32,000 nt of DNA. Source: Xanthomonas campestris pv. campestris str. ATCC 33913. Its GTDB lineage: Bacteria > Pseudomonadota > Gammaproteobacteria > Xanthomonadales > Xanthomonadaceae. Positions within the stretch are counted from its first letter, which is position 1, and the number at the start of each line of letters is the position of its first letter. The notes below the pieces were generated by a model. The model was not told where the DNA came from and searched no databases. It saw only the letters and a list, made by a program, of their open reading frames with translations. The position numbers and the translations under genes are program-made. Below are positions 1 to 10,102 of the stretch, piece after piece. The DNA lies in assembly GCF_000007145.1 (NCBI RefSeq), contig NC_003902.1, positions 3,296,497-3,328,496 of the forward strand. Direction: 5' to 3'.

Positions 1-673
1 CCAGCATCACCAGGAACTGGCCGCGAATGAAACCGCCCAGCACGTCGTTGGACTCCAGCGCGAGCCGGCTCACGGTGCCGATGTAGGCACGCGGAATCAC
101 CGCCGCCACGCGCTCCACCATGCGGTCCCAGTCGCGCAGGAAATAGAACGCCAGGATGGGCAACAAGGCCAGGTTGATCACCCAGGTGACCATTGCAAAG
201 CCCGAGCGTGAGACATAGCCGAAGAAGGTCTTGGCAACGCCGCCCGCCTGCTCCCAGTGGCTGCGGATCCACTCGATCAGGCGTTCCGGGTCCAGCCAGC
301 CCATCAACTCCACGCCGGTGCGGCGCTGCAGCCAGGGAATGGCGGTGCCGATCGCCCAGTCGCGCATCTGCGGCAGCGCATCGATCAGGGTCATGATCTG
401 GCGCTCCATCATCGGCACCAGGATCATCAGCGCCAGCACCACCAGCAGCACCATGAGAATGAAGACCAGGGTGACCGCCATGTTGCGCGAGCGCCCGGCA
501 CGTTCGATGCGGTCTACCAGCGGGTCGCCCAGCCAGGCCAGCAGCAGCGCCAGCACGAACGGGGTGAGGATCGGCGACAGCAGCGATACCACCCACAGCA
601 CGCCGACGATCACCGCCGCCCATTTGAGGCGGCGCAGGAACTGGGCGATTTCCGCCTCGGGGGTCAGGATCAT
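1..673 (-). CDS. AI-2E family (PerM/YhhT-like) membrane transporter, N-terminal part only (gene runs off the window start)
   Basis: Manual minus-strand translation from ATG at 673: MILTPEAEIAQFLRRLKWAAVIVGVLWVVSLLSPILTPFVLALLLAWLGDPLVDRIERAGRSRNMAVTLVFILMVLLVVLALMILVPMMERQ...LESNDVLGGFIRGQFLVML. It is multi-TM with an AI-2E/UPF0118-like layout. It is absent from the ORF track because no stop lies in the window. The ATG overlaps the stop of the upstream gene (ATGA at 670-673). Confidence 0.75.
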   Translation of the reverse strand, partial: MILTPEAEIAQFLRRLKWAAVIVGVLWVVSLLSPILTPFVLALLLAWLGDPLVDRIERAGRSRNMAVTLVFILMVLLVVLALMILVPMMERQIMTLIDALPQMRDWAIGTAIPWLQRRTGVELMGWLDPERLIEWIRSHWEQAGGVAKTFFGYVSRSGFAMVTWVINLALLPILAFYFLRDWDRMVERVAAVIPRAYIGTVSRLALESNDVLGGFIRGQFLVML

Positions 674-1782
674 TTGAGGCGGTACTCGGCGTGCTCGTTT
701 TCGAGAATGATGGGGCCTTCGGTCGGCACGGAAACCGAGATCAGCGGGCTGTTGTCGCCGAGCATACGGTTGAGCCCGGAAATGCCCGTGAGCAGTTCCA
801 GGTCTAGCTCCATGCGATCGCCATTTGCGCTCACCGGGCGGATGCTACGCACCACCGACACGCCCTGCAGCGCGGCGGAAACGCGCAGATAGTCGTCGGC
901 GCTGCTGATGCCGGTGATCACCACGCGGTAGACCCCGGGCACGCCCGAGTCCACCCGCTTGGCGTAGCGCTTGACCAATGCATCGGCGGCGCCGTCGGCA
1001 CCGGCGGCCATCGCGCGGCGGGCATCGCCGTCGCTGCTGGTCCAGCTGGAGAGCACGTTGCCGTTGTCCACGAACACCCAATCGGCGGTCCAGCCGCTAT
1101 CGGTGCGGTAGAGCTTGCCGATCAATTGCATCGGCGGGCTGTACTTGGCCGACGCGCGCGCAACGGCGGCGGTGTCCTTGCGCCAGATGGCGCCAGCCAG
1201 GGCCTGTTCGGCGGCCGCGCCACCGGGCAGACCGAGCCGGTAACCGCGCTCGATCGCACGGTCGAGCACGCTGCGCGCGGCGTTGGCCTGCGCCACGCCG
1301 ACCATGCGCGGGCCGCTGCCGTCGTCGATGGCCAGCCACAGCACGGGTTTCGGGCGCGGCTGCGGCCACACCGGCAGGCCCAGCGCGGCAATCAGGCCGT
1401 CGACGTCGGATTGCCGGAAACGCGCCACCAGCACGGTGCGGAAAGTCGGTGCGCCACTGCGCGAGGTGCCCTGATCCTGGCGGTAGTCGTAGTGATCGAC
1501 GTAGTTGGGCGCATTGCGCAGCGCCTGCGGCACGCCGGGGCGGCTCATGACACTGCGGTCGCCGGACACCTTGCCCAGCACCGCCCCCAGAGCACGCGCC
1601 AACGCGCCGGGGCGATCGGACTCGCTCTGGCTGTTGACCGGCACTTCGGCATCGTAGGCGCCCTGCGCCTTGGCGACGTCGCCTTCGGTGCGCAGATCGG
1701 CCTGGGCGTAGGCCGGCAACACGGGCATGGCGACCACGAGGGCGAGAAAGAAAGCGAGACTGCGGCGCATCGACGGTTCCAT
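670..1782 (-). CDS. Secreted/periplasmic conserved hypothetical protein, DUF2066-like (370 aa; alternative start at 1770)
   Basis: This is the C-terminal part of the 761-aa track ORF 670..2955; the upstream part of that ORF is antisense to purM and spurious. The real start is MEPSMRRSLAFFLALVVAMPVLPAYAQA, a clear signal peptide. It is divergent from purM, the position this family usually occupies. The family name comes from memory of synteny, not a search. Confidence 0.7.
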   Translation of the reverse strand: MEPSMRRSLAFFLALVVAMPVLPAYAQADLRTEGDVAKAQGAYDAEVPVNSQSESDRPGALARALGAVLGKVSGDRSVMSRPGVPQALRNAPNYVDHYDYRQDQGTSRSGAPTFRTVLVARFRQSDVDGLIAALGLPVWPQPRPKPVLWLAIDDGSGPRMVGVAQANAARSVLDRAIERGYRLGLPGGAAAEQALAGAIWRKDTAAVARASAKYSPPMQLIGKLYRTDSGWTADWVFVDNGNVLSSWTSSDGDARRAMAAGADGAADALVKRYAKRVDSGVPGVYRVVITGISSADDYLRVSAALQGVSVVRSIRPVSANGDRMELDLELLTGISGLNRMLGDNSPLISVSVPTEGPIILENEHAEYRLK

Positions 1783-1839
1783 GACGTAAGCGTATCCGGG
1801 TGAATTGTTGCCCGAATGGGACGCTAGCGCCAACGTGGC

Positions 1840-1848
1840 TGTTAAAAT
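1840..1848 (+). promoter_or_regulatory. Candidate extended -10 element (TGTTAAAAT) for purM
   Basis: TGnTAAAAT motif lies 31 nt upstream of the GTG at 1879, in the 96-bp divergent spacer. No good -35 was seen. Sequence pattern only. Confidence 0.3.
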
Positions 1849-1878
1849 CGCCGCCTTTACCGCCGAGCCACCCCACCC

Positions 1879-2937
1879 GTGACCAGCCCAACGCCTTCCA
1901 ATCCCTCGCCCATGACCTACCGTGACGCGGGCGTCGACATCGATGCCGGCAATGCGTTGGTCGAACGCATCAAACCCCTGGTCAAGCGCAGCTTTCGACC
2001 GGAGGTGATGGGCGGCCTGGGCGGCTTCGGTGCCTTGTTCGACCTGTCCGGCAAGTACAAGGAGCCGGTGCTGGTCTCCGGCACCGACGGGGTGGGCACC
2101 AAGCTCAAACTCGCCCAGCAGCTCGGCCGCCACGACACCATCGGCATCGACCTGGTCGGCATGTGCGTCAACGACGTGCTGGTGCAAGGCGCCGAACCAC
2201 TGTTCTTTCTGGACTACTTCGCCACCGGCAAGCTGGATATCGACACCGCCGCGGCGGTGGTCGGCGGCATCGCGCGCGGCTGCGAGCTCTCCGGCTGCGC
2301 GCTGATTGGTGGCGAAACCGCGGAGATGCCCGACATGTACCCGCCGGGCGAATACGACCTGGCCGGCTTCACCGTTGGCGCGGTGGAAAAATCGCAGCTG
2401 CTGGACGGCGCGCAGGTGCGCGAGGGTGACGTGCTGATCGGCATCGCCTCCTCCGGACCGCATTCCAATGGGTATTCGCTGATCCGCAAGATCTACGAGC
2501 GTGCCGGCTCGCCGGCCGATCTGGTGCTGGACGACGGCGTGGCGCTGATCGATGCGCTGATGGCGCCGACCGCGCTGTACGTCAAGCCGATCCTGGCGCT
2601 GCTCAAGTCGCACGGCGAGGCGATCCACGCCATGGCGCATGTCACCGGTGGCGGGCTGACCGAGAACATCATCCGGGTGATCCCGGACGGCCTGGGCCTG
2701 GACATCGATGCCACGGCATGGATCTTGCCGCCGGTGTTCGCCTGGCTGCAGCGCGAAGGCGCGGTGGCCGATGCCGAAATGTGGCGCACCTTCAATTGCG
2801 GCATCGGCTTCGTGCTGGTCGCCGCACCAGCGCAGGCCGCCGCGCTGGAACAGGCGCTGGACGCGCAGTCGCTGGCGCATTGGCGCATTGGCCAGGTGGT
2901 GACGGCACAGGGCGACGAACGCGTCCGGATTGGTTGA
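1879..2937 (+). CDS. purM: Phosphoribosylformylglycinamidine cyclo-ligase (AIR synthetase)
   Basis: 352-aa ORF reading ...[27 protein letters not shown]...[12 protein letters not shown]...[13 protein letters not shown], which are hallmark PurM motifs. The start is GTG at 1879; the ATG at 1912 (MTYRDAG) is an alternative. Confidence 0.95.
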   Translation: MTSPTPSNPSPMTYRDAGVDIDAGNALVERIKPLVKRSFRPEVMGGLGGFGALFDLSGKYKEPVLVSGTDGVGTKLKLAQQLGRHDTIGIDLVGMCVNDVLVQGAEPLFFLDYFATGKLDIDTAAAVVGGIARGCELSGCALIGGETAEMPDMYPPGEYDLAGFTVGAVEKSQLLDGAQVREGDVLIGIASSGPHSNGYSLIRKIYERAGSPADLVLDDGVALIDALMAPTALYVKPILALLKSHGEAIHAMAHVTGGGLTENIIRVIPDGLGLDIDATAWILPPVFAWLQREGAVADAEMWRTFNCGIGFVLVAAPAQAAALEQALDAQSLAHWRIGQVVTAQGDERVRIG

Positions 2938-2953
2938 CCCAAGGAGCACCCGC

Positions 2954-3412
2954 ATGGAAGCCGCGCCCGTTTACGTCTCTACAACTGCCACCGCCGAGGA
3001 TCTGCAGCAGCTGAAGTTGCTGTCGATCTTCCATTACGTGCTGGCCGGCATCACCGGGCTGTTTTCGTTATTCCCGTTGATCCACCTGTTCATGGGGCTG
3101 GCGATCGTCACCGGCCACCTGCCGATGACCACGACCAATGCCGACGCGCCAGAGATGGATCCCCGCTGGTTCGGCTGGTTCTTCGTGGTGTTCGCGGCAG
3201 GCTTCATCGCCTGCGGCCTGACATTGGCCGGCTTCATGGCGTATGCGGGTCGCTGCATCGCCCAGCGCAGACGGCATCTGCTTTGCCTGATCGTCGCCGG
3301 CATTTCCTGCTCGTTCATGCCGTTCGGCACCGTGGTCGGCGTGTTTACGCTGGTGGTTCTGCTGCGGCCGCAGGTCAAGGCGTTGTTTGTCACCAACGCG
3401 GCAGCCGCTTGA
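2954..3412 (+). CDS. Small integral membrane protein (about 4 TM, 152 aa), function unknown
   Basis: AAGGAG (2941-2946) lies 7 nt before ATG 2954. The sequence MEAAPVYV...LSIFHYVLAGITGLFSLFPLIHLFMGLAIV...WFGWFFVVFAAGFIACGLTLAGFMAY...LIVAGISCSFMPFGTVVGVFTLVVLL shows four hydrophobic spans. It is wedged between purM and purN. Confidence 0.7.
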   Translation: MEAAPVYVSTTATAEDLQQLKLLSIFHYVLAGITGLFSLFPLIHLFMGLAIVTGHLPMTTTNADAPEMDPRWFGWFFVVFAAGFIACGLTLAGFMAYAGRCIAQRRRHLLCLIVAGISCSFMPFGTVVGVFTLVVLLRPQVKALFVTNAAAA

Positions 3413-3446
3413 GCTGCGTCTCCGATATAACGATGGGCGTGATTGT

Positions 3447-4100
3447 ATGAGCCTGCGCCTTGCAGTCCTGGCCTCCGGGCGCGGCAGTAATCTGCAGGCC
3501 ATCCTCGATGCGATTGCCGCCGGGCAGTTGGCGGCCGAGGTGGCCGGTGTGTTTTCCGACCGGGAACAGGCGCCGGCCTTGCAGAAAGTGGATGCGTCGC
3601 GACGCTGGAGCGCCAGCCCACGCGCGTTCGCCGACCGCGCGGCGTTCGACAGTGCATTGGGCGACGCCATCGCCGCAGTGCAGCCGGATTGGGTGATCTG
3701 CGCCGGCTACATGCGCATCCTGGGCGAGCCTCTGGTGCGCCGCTTCACCGGCCGCATGCTCAACATCCATCCCTCGCTGCTGCCCAAATACCGCGGCTTG
3801 CACACGCATGCGCGGGCGCTGGAGGCCGGCGATGCCGAGCACGGTGCCAGCGTGCATCTGGTGGTGCCGGAACTGGATGCCGGCCCGGTGATCGCCCAGG
3901 CCCATGTGCCGGTGTTGCCGGACGACACCGCCGAGTCACTGGCGGCGCGGGTGCTGGACCGCGAACACCCGCTGCTGCTGGCCACGCTGCGGTTACTGGC
4001 CAGCGGCCGGGTCACCACGCCCGACGGGCGCGTGCATATCGACGGTCAGTGCCTGTTTACACCACTGCGACTAGAGTCCGCTGGCATCGCGCTCGTTTAG
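3447..4100 (+). CDS. purN: Phosphoribosylglycinamide formyltransferase
   Basis: MSLRLAVLASGRGSNLQAILDAI...VICAGYMRILG...NIHPSLLPKYRGLHTH...GASVHLVVPELDAGPVIAQ are canonical PurN motifs. The start is taken at the internal ATG 3447 of track ORF 3387..4100. Confidence 0.95.
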   Translation: MSLRLAVLASGRGSNLQAILDAIAAGQLAAEVAGVFSDREQAPALQKVDASRRWSASPRAFADRAAFDSALGDAIAAVQPDWVICAGYMRILGEPLVRRFTGRMLNIHPSLLPKYRGLHTHARALEAGDAEHGASVHLVVPELDAGPVIAQAHVPVLPDDTAESLAARVLDREHPLLLATLRLLASGRVTTPDGRVHIDGQCLFTPLRLESAGIALV

Positions 4101-4163
4101 CGCGGACACGCGCCCCTCATTCCCTCTCGGACATCCTTGCGGCCCCGTGCCTCGCTCCCGCGC

Positions 4164-4961
4164 ATGAAAGTCCTGCCCTTCGCTGTCGCGTTGTTCACCA
4201 CGGCCCTGCTTTGCCAGGCCGGTATCGGCCGTGCGCAACAGGCCCCGGCCGCCGCGCCCGTGCCCGCGCAACCAGCCGCTCCGGCCTTGCCGGCCAGTAG
4301 CTGGACGCCGCCCGCGCTGGAGCCATTCGTGGCGACCTACCAGGCGTTCTACCGCGGCAAGGAAGCCGGCGACGCCACCATGCAGGTCAGTCACGGCGAC
4401 GGCAACCAATGGCGTATCGACATGGCCGTGCGCGGGCGCAAGGGCTTTGCCAGCATCCTGGGACTGAACCTGGAGCAGAGCACCGTGTTCCGTGTCGATG
4501 GCGACACCTACGTGCCGCTGACCCAGAGCACCGTGCGCAAGGCGATGTTCTTCGGCAAGAAGGTCACCGGCGTCTACAACTGGCAGGCCGGCACTGCGCA
4601 GTGGGACGGCGACCTGAAGAAAGAGCGTCAGCAGCCGATTCCGCTGCAGCGCGGCGACCAGAGCGCGCTGTCGCTCAATCTGTCGCTGATGCGCGACGCA
4701 CAACCCGGCCGCAGCCTGAGCTACCGCTACGTCGATGTCGGCCGGGTGCGCCAATACGATTACCGCGCCGCCGATGCCACCGAAGTGGTGCAGGTGGGCG
4801 ACCTCAGCTACGACGCGTTGCGCGTATACCGCGTCAACAGCGGCGACAACGAAACCATCCTCTGGATTGCCAACGGCGTACCTACGCCGGTCCGCATCCT
4901 GCAACGTGACAAAGGTGAGGATCAGGTCGATCTGCGCCTGGTCGAATACCAAGGAGCCTGA
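4164..4961 (+). CDS. DUF3108-like exported protein, paralog 1 (265 aa)
   Basis: Signal peptide MKVLPFAVALFTTALLCQAGIGRAQ followed by a Pro/Ala-rich linker. The body aligns by eye with the next ORF (PFVATYQAFYRGKEAGDATM..NQWRIDM..EQSTVF versus PFQADYSANYMGMQANGTMT..NQWRYTL..TQSTVF). The family name comes from memory of purN-adjacent genes. Confidence 0.7.
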   Translation: MKVLPFAVALFTTALLCQAGIGRAQQAPAAAPVPAQPAAPALPASSWTPPALEPFVATYQAFYRGKEAGDATMQVSHGDGNQWRIDMAVRGRKGFASILGLNLEQSTVFRVDGDTYVPLTQSTVRKAMFFGKKVTGVYNWQAGTAQWDGDLKKERQQPIPLQRGDQSALSLNLSLMRDAQPGRSLSYRYVDVGRVRQYDYRAADATEVVQVGDLSYDALRVYRVNSGDNETILWIANGVPTPVRILQRDKGEDQVDLRLVEYQGA

Positions 4962-4964
4962 CCC

Positions 4965-5648
4965 ATGAAGACGTTCACCCGTACCAGTTCGTTGATTGCC
5001 GCAGCGGCCCTGGCGGTTGCCAGCCTGCCCGCGCTGGCCGTGCAGCCGTTCCAGGCCGATTACTCGGCCAATTACATGGGCATGCAGGCCAACGGCACCA
5101 TGACCCTGGCCGCGGCCGGCGCCAACCAGTGGCGCTACACGCTCACCATCCAGAACCAGCTGGCCAACCTGACCCAGAGCACGGTGTTCGAAGAGGCCAA
5201 TGGCCAGCTGCGCCCGGTCAGCAGCAATGACACCTCTTCGATGATGGTCAAGCGGCGCAACGTCACCGCCAACTACGACTGGAAGACCAGCCAGGCCACC
5301 TGGAGCGGCGACATCAAGCCGGACCGCCGCGGCCCGGTCAAGCTGCAGCCGGGCGATATGGATGCGCTGTTGATCAATCTGGCCATCACCCGCGACCTGG
5401 CCGCTGGCAAGCCGCTGAACTACCGCATGGTGGACGAAGGCCGCATCAAGCCGATGAGTTACAAGGTGGTGGGCAAGGAAACCATCACCGTCAACGGCAA
5501 GCAGGAACAGGCCACCAAGGTGTCGCGTGTGGACGGCGACAAGGAATTGATCGCATGGGTGGTCAAGGACCTGCCGGTACCTGCGCGCTTGCTGCAGAAG
5601 GAAAAAGGCCAGGACGCGCTGGATCTGACCATCAAGGCGCTGCGCTGA
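4965..5648 (+). CDS. DUF3108-like exported protein, paralog 2 (227 aa)
   Basis: Signal peptide MKTFTRTSSLIAAAALAVASLPALA. It is colinear with the preceding ORF over its whole length and starts 3 nt after that ORF's stop. Confidence 0.7.
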   Translation: MKTFTRTSSLIAAAALAVASLPALAVQPFQADYSANYMGMQANGTMTLAAAGANQWRYTLTIQNQLANLTQSTVFEEANGQLRPVSSNDTSSMMVKRRNVTANYDWKTSQATWSGDIKPDRRGPVKLQPGDMDALLINLAITRDLAAGKPLNYRMVDEGRIKPMSYKVVGKETITVNGKQEQATKVSRVDGDKELIAWVVKDLPVPARLLQKEKGQDALDLTIKALR

Positions 5649-5691
5649 CGACTCGCCAGGCCGTCGCCTGATCTCGGGTGTGCGGCCGGAC

Positions 5692-5759
5692 GTAGGAGCG
5701 CGCTTGCGCGCGATGAGGCGTTATCGATAAAGCCCCATCGCGCGCGAGCGCGCTCCTAC
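5692..5759. repeat. REP/SMAG-like intergenic palindromic element (two 23-nt units in inverted orientation)
   Basis: GTAGGAGCGCGCTTGCGCGCGAT (5692-5714) and its inverted copy ATCGCGCGCGAGCGCGCTCCTAC (5737-5759) differ by 1 mismatch and are separated by 22 nt. Each unit is internally palindromic (GCGCGC..GCGCGC). This is the GTAGGAGCG-type repeat common in Xanthomonas/Stenotrophomonas intergenic DNA. Confidence 0.75.
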
Positions 5760-5808
5760 GAATGAAGATGGTGCATCTGCGGGTTCATTGCGCTGCGCAT
5801 CGACCATC

Positions 5809-5838
5809 AAAAAGCCCGGCAGCGTGCCGGGCTTTTTT
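5809..5838. terminator. Bidirectional rho-independent terminator between convergent genes
   Basis: AAAAA-AGCCCGGC-AGCGT-GCCGGGCT-TTTTT. An 8-bp perfect GC-rich stem (5813-5820 / 5826-5833) has a 5-nt loop, with an A-tract upstream and a T-tract downstream, so it works on both strands. Confidence 0.85.
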
Positions 5839-5942
5839 GTGTCTGCATGTGTCTCGCCGCGGCTCGCACCTGGCACGACCCACCTCGCAGATCGAGGCAC
5901 ATGCAAGACGCGTAAGGCTCTCAACGTCCTCACGCACTCACC

Positions 5943-7543
<1,601 letters not shown>

Positions 7544-7650
7544 TCAGGGAATCCGAAATGAAGTCAGGGGAATGAGGAGGCGGCCAGGCGCACGCTGGAG
7601 GCTGGCGGTCAACGCGCAGGAGCGCCCGTCAGCCAGGTGCTACCAAAGGC

Positions 7651-7893
7651 TCAGGCCTCGTCGGGGGTCAGCGTCTTGAGCTGCAGCGCGTGGATCGCCC
7701 CGCCCATCAGCTCGCCCAGGGTGGCGTAGACCATGCGGTGGCGGGCCAGCGGCGCTTTCCCCACAAAGGCCGGGCTGACCACGGTCGCCTCGAAATGCAC
7801 GCCATCCTCGCCCTGCACGTCGACGCGGGCTTCAGGCAAGCCGGATTCGATGAGTTTACGGATGGTTTCGGCGTCCAAAGGGCGTTTCCTCAT
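7651..7893 (-). CDS. ibaG: BolA/IbaG (YrbA) family protein
   Basis: ...DAETIRKLIESGLPEARVDVQGEDGVHFEATVVSPAFVGKAPLARHRMVYATLGELMGGAIHALQLKTLTPDE is a BolA-fold signature (H...F, RH..V...L, IHAL). It lies directly upstream of murA as in E. coli ibaG-murA. The start is uncertain: ATG 7893, TTG 7878 (AGGAAA 8 nt upstream) or GTG 7920. Confidence 0.85.
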   Translation of the reverse strand: MRKRPLDAETIRKLIESGLPEARVDVQGEDGVHFEATVVSPAFVGKAPLARHRMVYATLGELMGGAIHALQLKTLTPDEA

Positions 7894-7931
7894 AAAATGA
7901 GCGCACATTCTACTCTTCACCCGAGCCCTGC

Positions 7932-8933
7932 ATGGCCGTCTCGCACCTGCCCTCCGCCACCGTCAGCGACGCCAGCCTGGTCGCCAGCGGGCAGCGCGTG
8001 CTCGAGATCGAGCAGGCGGCCCTGGCCGCGCTGGGCGCACGCATCGGTGCGCCGTTTGCCGCCGCCTGCCGGCTGGTGCTGGCCTCGCGCGGGCGGGTGG
8101 TCGCCACCGGCATGGGCAAATCCGGGCATATCGCGCGCAAGATCGCCGCCACCCTGGCCTCCACCGGCACCCCGGCGTTCTTCGTGCACCCGGGCGAGGC
8201 CGGGCATGGCGACCTGGGCATGATCACCGAGGCCGACATCGTGCTGGCGTTGTCGTATTCGGGCGAATCGGACGAAGTCCGCATGCTGCTGCCGGTGCTC
8301 AAGCGCCAGGGCAACCCGATCATCGCGATGACCGGCCGCCCCGCCTCCACCCTGGCGCAGGCCGCCGACGTGCACCTGGATGTCAGCGTGTCTGCCGAAG
8401 CCTGCCCCCTGCACCTGGCGCCGACCTCCAGCACCACCGCCTCATTGGCGATGGGCGATGCGTTGGCGGTGGCCCTGCTGGACGCGCGCGGCTTCACCGC
8501 CGACGACTTCGCCCGCTCGCATCCGGCCGGTAGCCTGGGGCGCCGCCTGCTGCTGCACATCACCGATGTGATGCACGGCGGCGACGAGCTGCCGCGCGTG
8601 CGCGAGGACGCCAGCCTGAGCGAGGCGCTGATGGAGATGAGCCGCAAGCGCCTGGGCATGACCGCCGTGGTGGACGCGCAAGAGCGGCTGATCGGCCTGT
8701 TCACCGACGGCGATCTGCGCCGCGCGCTGGACAGCGACATCGACGTGCGCAGCGCCGGCATTGCCGAGGTGATGACCCGCAACCCCAAGACCATCGGTGC
8801 CGACCAGCTGGCCGCCGAGGCCGCGCGGCTGATGGAGGACTACAAGATCAATGGCCTGATCGTGGTCGATGCGCAGCAGCGCGCGGTCGGCGCATTGAAC
8901 ATTCACGACCTGTTGCGCGCCAAGGTGGTTTAA
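7932..8933 (+). CDS. kdsD: Arabinose-5-phosphate isomerase (KpsF/GutQ/KdsD family: SIS plus tandem CBS domains)
   Basis: 333 aa with GRVVATGMGKSGHIARKIAATLASTGTPAFFVHPGEAGHGDLGMI (SIS domain) and a C-terminal CBS pair. It heads the kdsD-kdsC-lptCAB-rpoN block. Confidence 0.93.
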   Translation: MAVSHLPSATVSDASLVASGQRVLEIEQAALAALGARIGAPFAAACRLVLASRGRVVATGMGKSGHIARKIAATLASTGTPAFFVHPGEAGHGDLGMITEADIVLALSYSGESDEVRMLLPVLKRQGNPIIAMTGRPASTLAQAADVHLDVSVSAEACPLHLAPTSSTTASLAMGDALAVALLDARGFTADDFARSHPAGSLGRRLLLHITDVMHGGDELPRVREDASLSEALMEMSRKRLGMTAVVDAQERLIGLFTDGDLRRALDSDIDVRSAGIAEVMTRNPKTIGADQLAAEAARLMEDYKINGLIVVDAQQRAVGALNIHDLLRAKVV

Positions 8934-8975
8934 CAGGTTCAGTTTTCAACCGCCGGACCCCGTTCTCACCGATTC

Positions 8976-9530
8976 GTGCCGATGCCCTATTCCCCCCTGC
9001 AAGACCTTCCTGCCGACCTCATCGACCGTGCCGCCCGCGTGCGCCTGGCGTGTTTCGACGTCGACGGCACCCTGACCGACGGCCGCCTGTACTACGACCA
9101 CGCCGGCAACGAGAGCAAGGCCTTCAATGTGCTCGACGGCCAGGGCCTGAAGCAGCTGGAGCATGCCGGCATCCACGTGGCGCTGATCACTGCACGCGCC
9201 AGCTTGTCGGCGGAAAAACGTGGCCAGGATCTGGGCCTGCATGTGCAGATCGGGGTCAAGAACAAGCGCCTGGCAGTGCTGGCGCTATGCCAGGAGCACG
9301 GGCTCTCGCTGGACCAGGTGTTGTTCATGGGCGATGACCTGCCCGACCTGCCGGCGTTGCTGGCGGTCGGCTTGCCGGTCGCGCCCGCCAACGCGCACCC
9401 GTGGATTGCCGAACGCGTGCAGTGGCACACCCGCGCACGTGGCGGCGAAGGCGCCGCGCGCGAAGTCTGCGACGTGGTGCTGGCCGCTCAGGGCCAGGTC
9501 GACAGCATCATCGCGAGGTTCTCGGCATGA
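8976..9530 (+). CDS. kdsC: 3-deoxy-D-manno-octulosonate-8-phosphate phosphatase (HAD family)
   Basis: RLACFDVDGTLTDGRLYYDHAGNESKAFNVLDGQGLK...ITAR...FMGDDLPDLPA are the HAD motifs I-IV of KdsC. GTG 8976 or ATG 8982 could be the start. Confidence 0.92.
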   Translation: MPMPYSPLQDLPADLIDRAARVRLACFDVDGTLTDGRLYYDHAGNESKAFNVLDGQGLKQLEHAGIHVALITARASLSAEKRGQDLGLHVQIGVKNKRLAVLALCQEHGLSLDQVLFMGDDLPDLPALLAVGLPVAPANAHPWIAERVQWHTRARGGEGAAREVCDVVLAAQGQVDSIIARFSA

Positions 9531-10102
9531 CCTGGAACTGGCGCACCACGCTCGGCGCGGTGCTGCTGGCGGCGGCGATCATCAGCGGCTGGTCAGCCTG
9601 GCAGCAGCGCGCGCGTCCGGTTGCCGCGGCGGTGGACGATTCCAAGGCCGACTACGTGCTGCGCGACTTCGAGTTGATTGCCCTGGACAAGGAGAGCGGC
9701 AAGGAGTCGATGACGCTGCGCGCGCCGGAAATGCACCGCAACCGCGCCGACCAGACCTCGGAGATCACCACGCCGGTGTTCCTGCTGCCCGACAACGCCA
9801 ACAATCCGTGGACGCTGCGCTCCAAGACCGGCTGGATCAGCCCCAAGGGCGATGAAATGCGCCTGCGCGGTGATGTGTCCGGCGACAGCCCCACCACCGG
9901 CAACACCCCGCCCACCACTTTCCGCACCGAGAGCCTGGACGTGTTTCCGCAGCAGAACCTGGCCAAGACCGCCGCGCCGGTCACCATGCGCCGGCCGGGT
10001 ATCATGCAAAGCGGGGTCGGCTTCGAGGCCGATCTCAAGACACGCCAGTACAAGCTCCTTTCCCAGGTCAAGACCCGCTATGAACCGAATGCTGCCCGCT
10101 AA
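9527..10102 (+). CDS. lptC: LPS export system protein LptC
   Basis: The internal ATG 9527 of track ORF 9401..10102 overlaps the kdsC stop (ATGA). MTWNWRTTLGAVLLAAAIISGWSAWQ is an N-terminal anchor followed by a periplasmic beta-jellyroll-like body. Position between kdsC and lptA supports the call. Confidence 0.85.
   Translation: MTWNWRTTLGAVLLAAAIISGWSAWQQRARPVAAAVDDSKADYVLRDFELIALDKESGKESMTLRAPEMHRNRADQTSEITTPVFLLPDNANNPWTLRSKTGWISPKGDEMRLRGDVSGDSPTTGNTPPTTFRTESLDVFPQQNLAKTAAPVTMRRPGIMQSGVGFEADLKTRQYKLLSQVKTRYEPNAAR

Noticed and set aside
670-2955. Very long track ORFs antisense to or out of frame with recognised genes. Examples: 670..2955 upstream part, 5943..7175, 7910..8794, 10490..11359, 11768..13186, 13555..14613, 14436..15497, 17006..18112, 18745..20007, 19128..20960, 20876..22309, 22200..23525, 25627..26841, 28762..29889, 30253..31047.
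   Set aside because: Their translations are Arg/Ala/Gly/His/Gln-rich and low in complexity, lack any motif, and overlap genes with unambiguous family signatures on the other strand or frame. This is the usual stop-codon-poor artefact of ~65% GC DNA.
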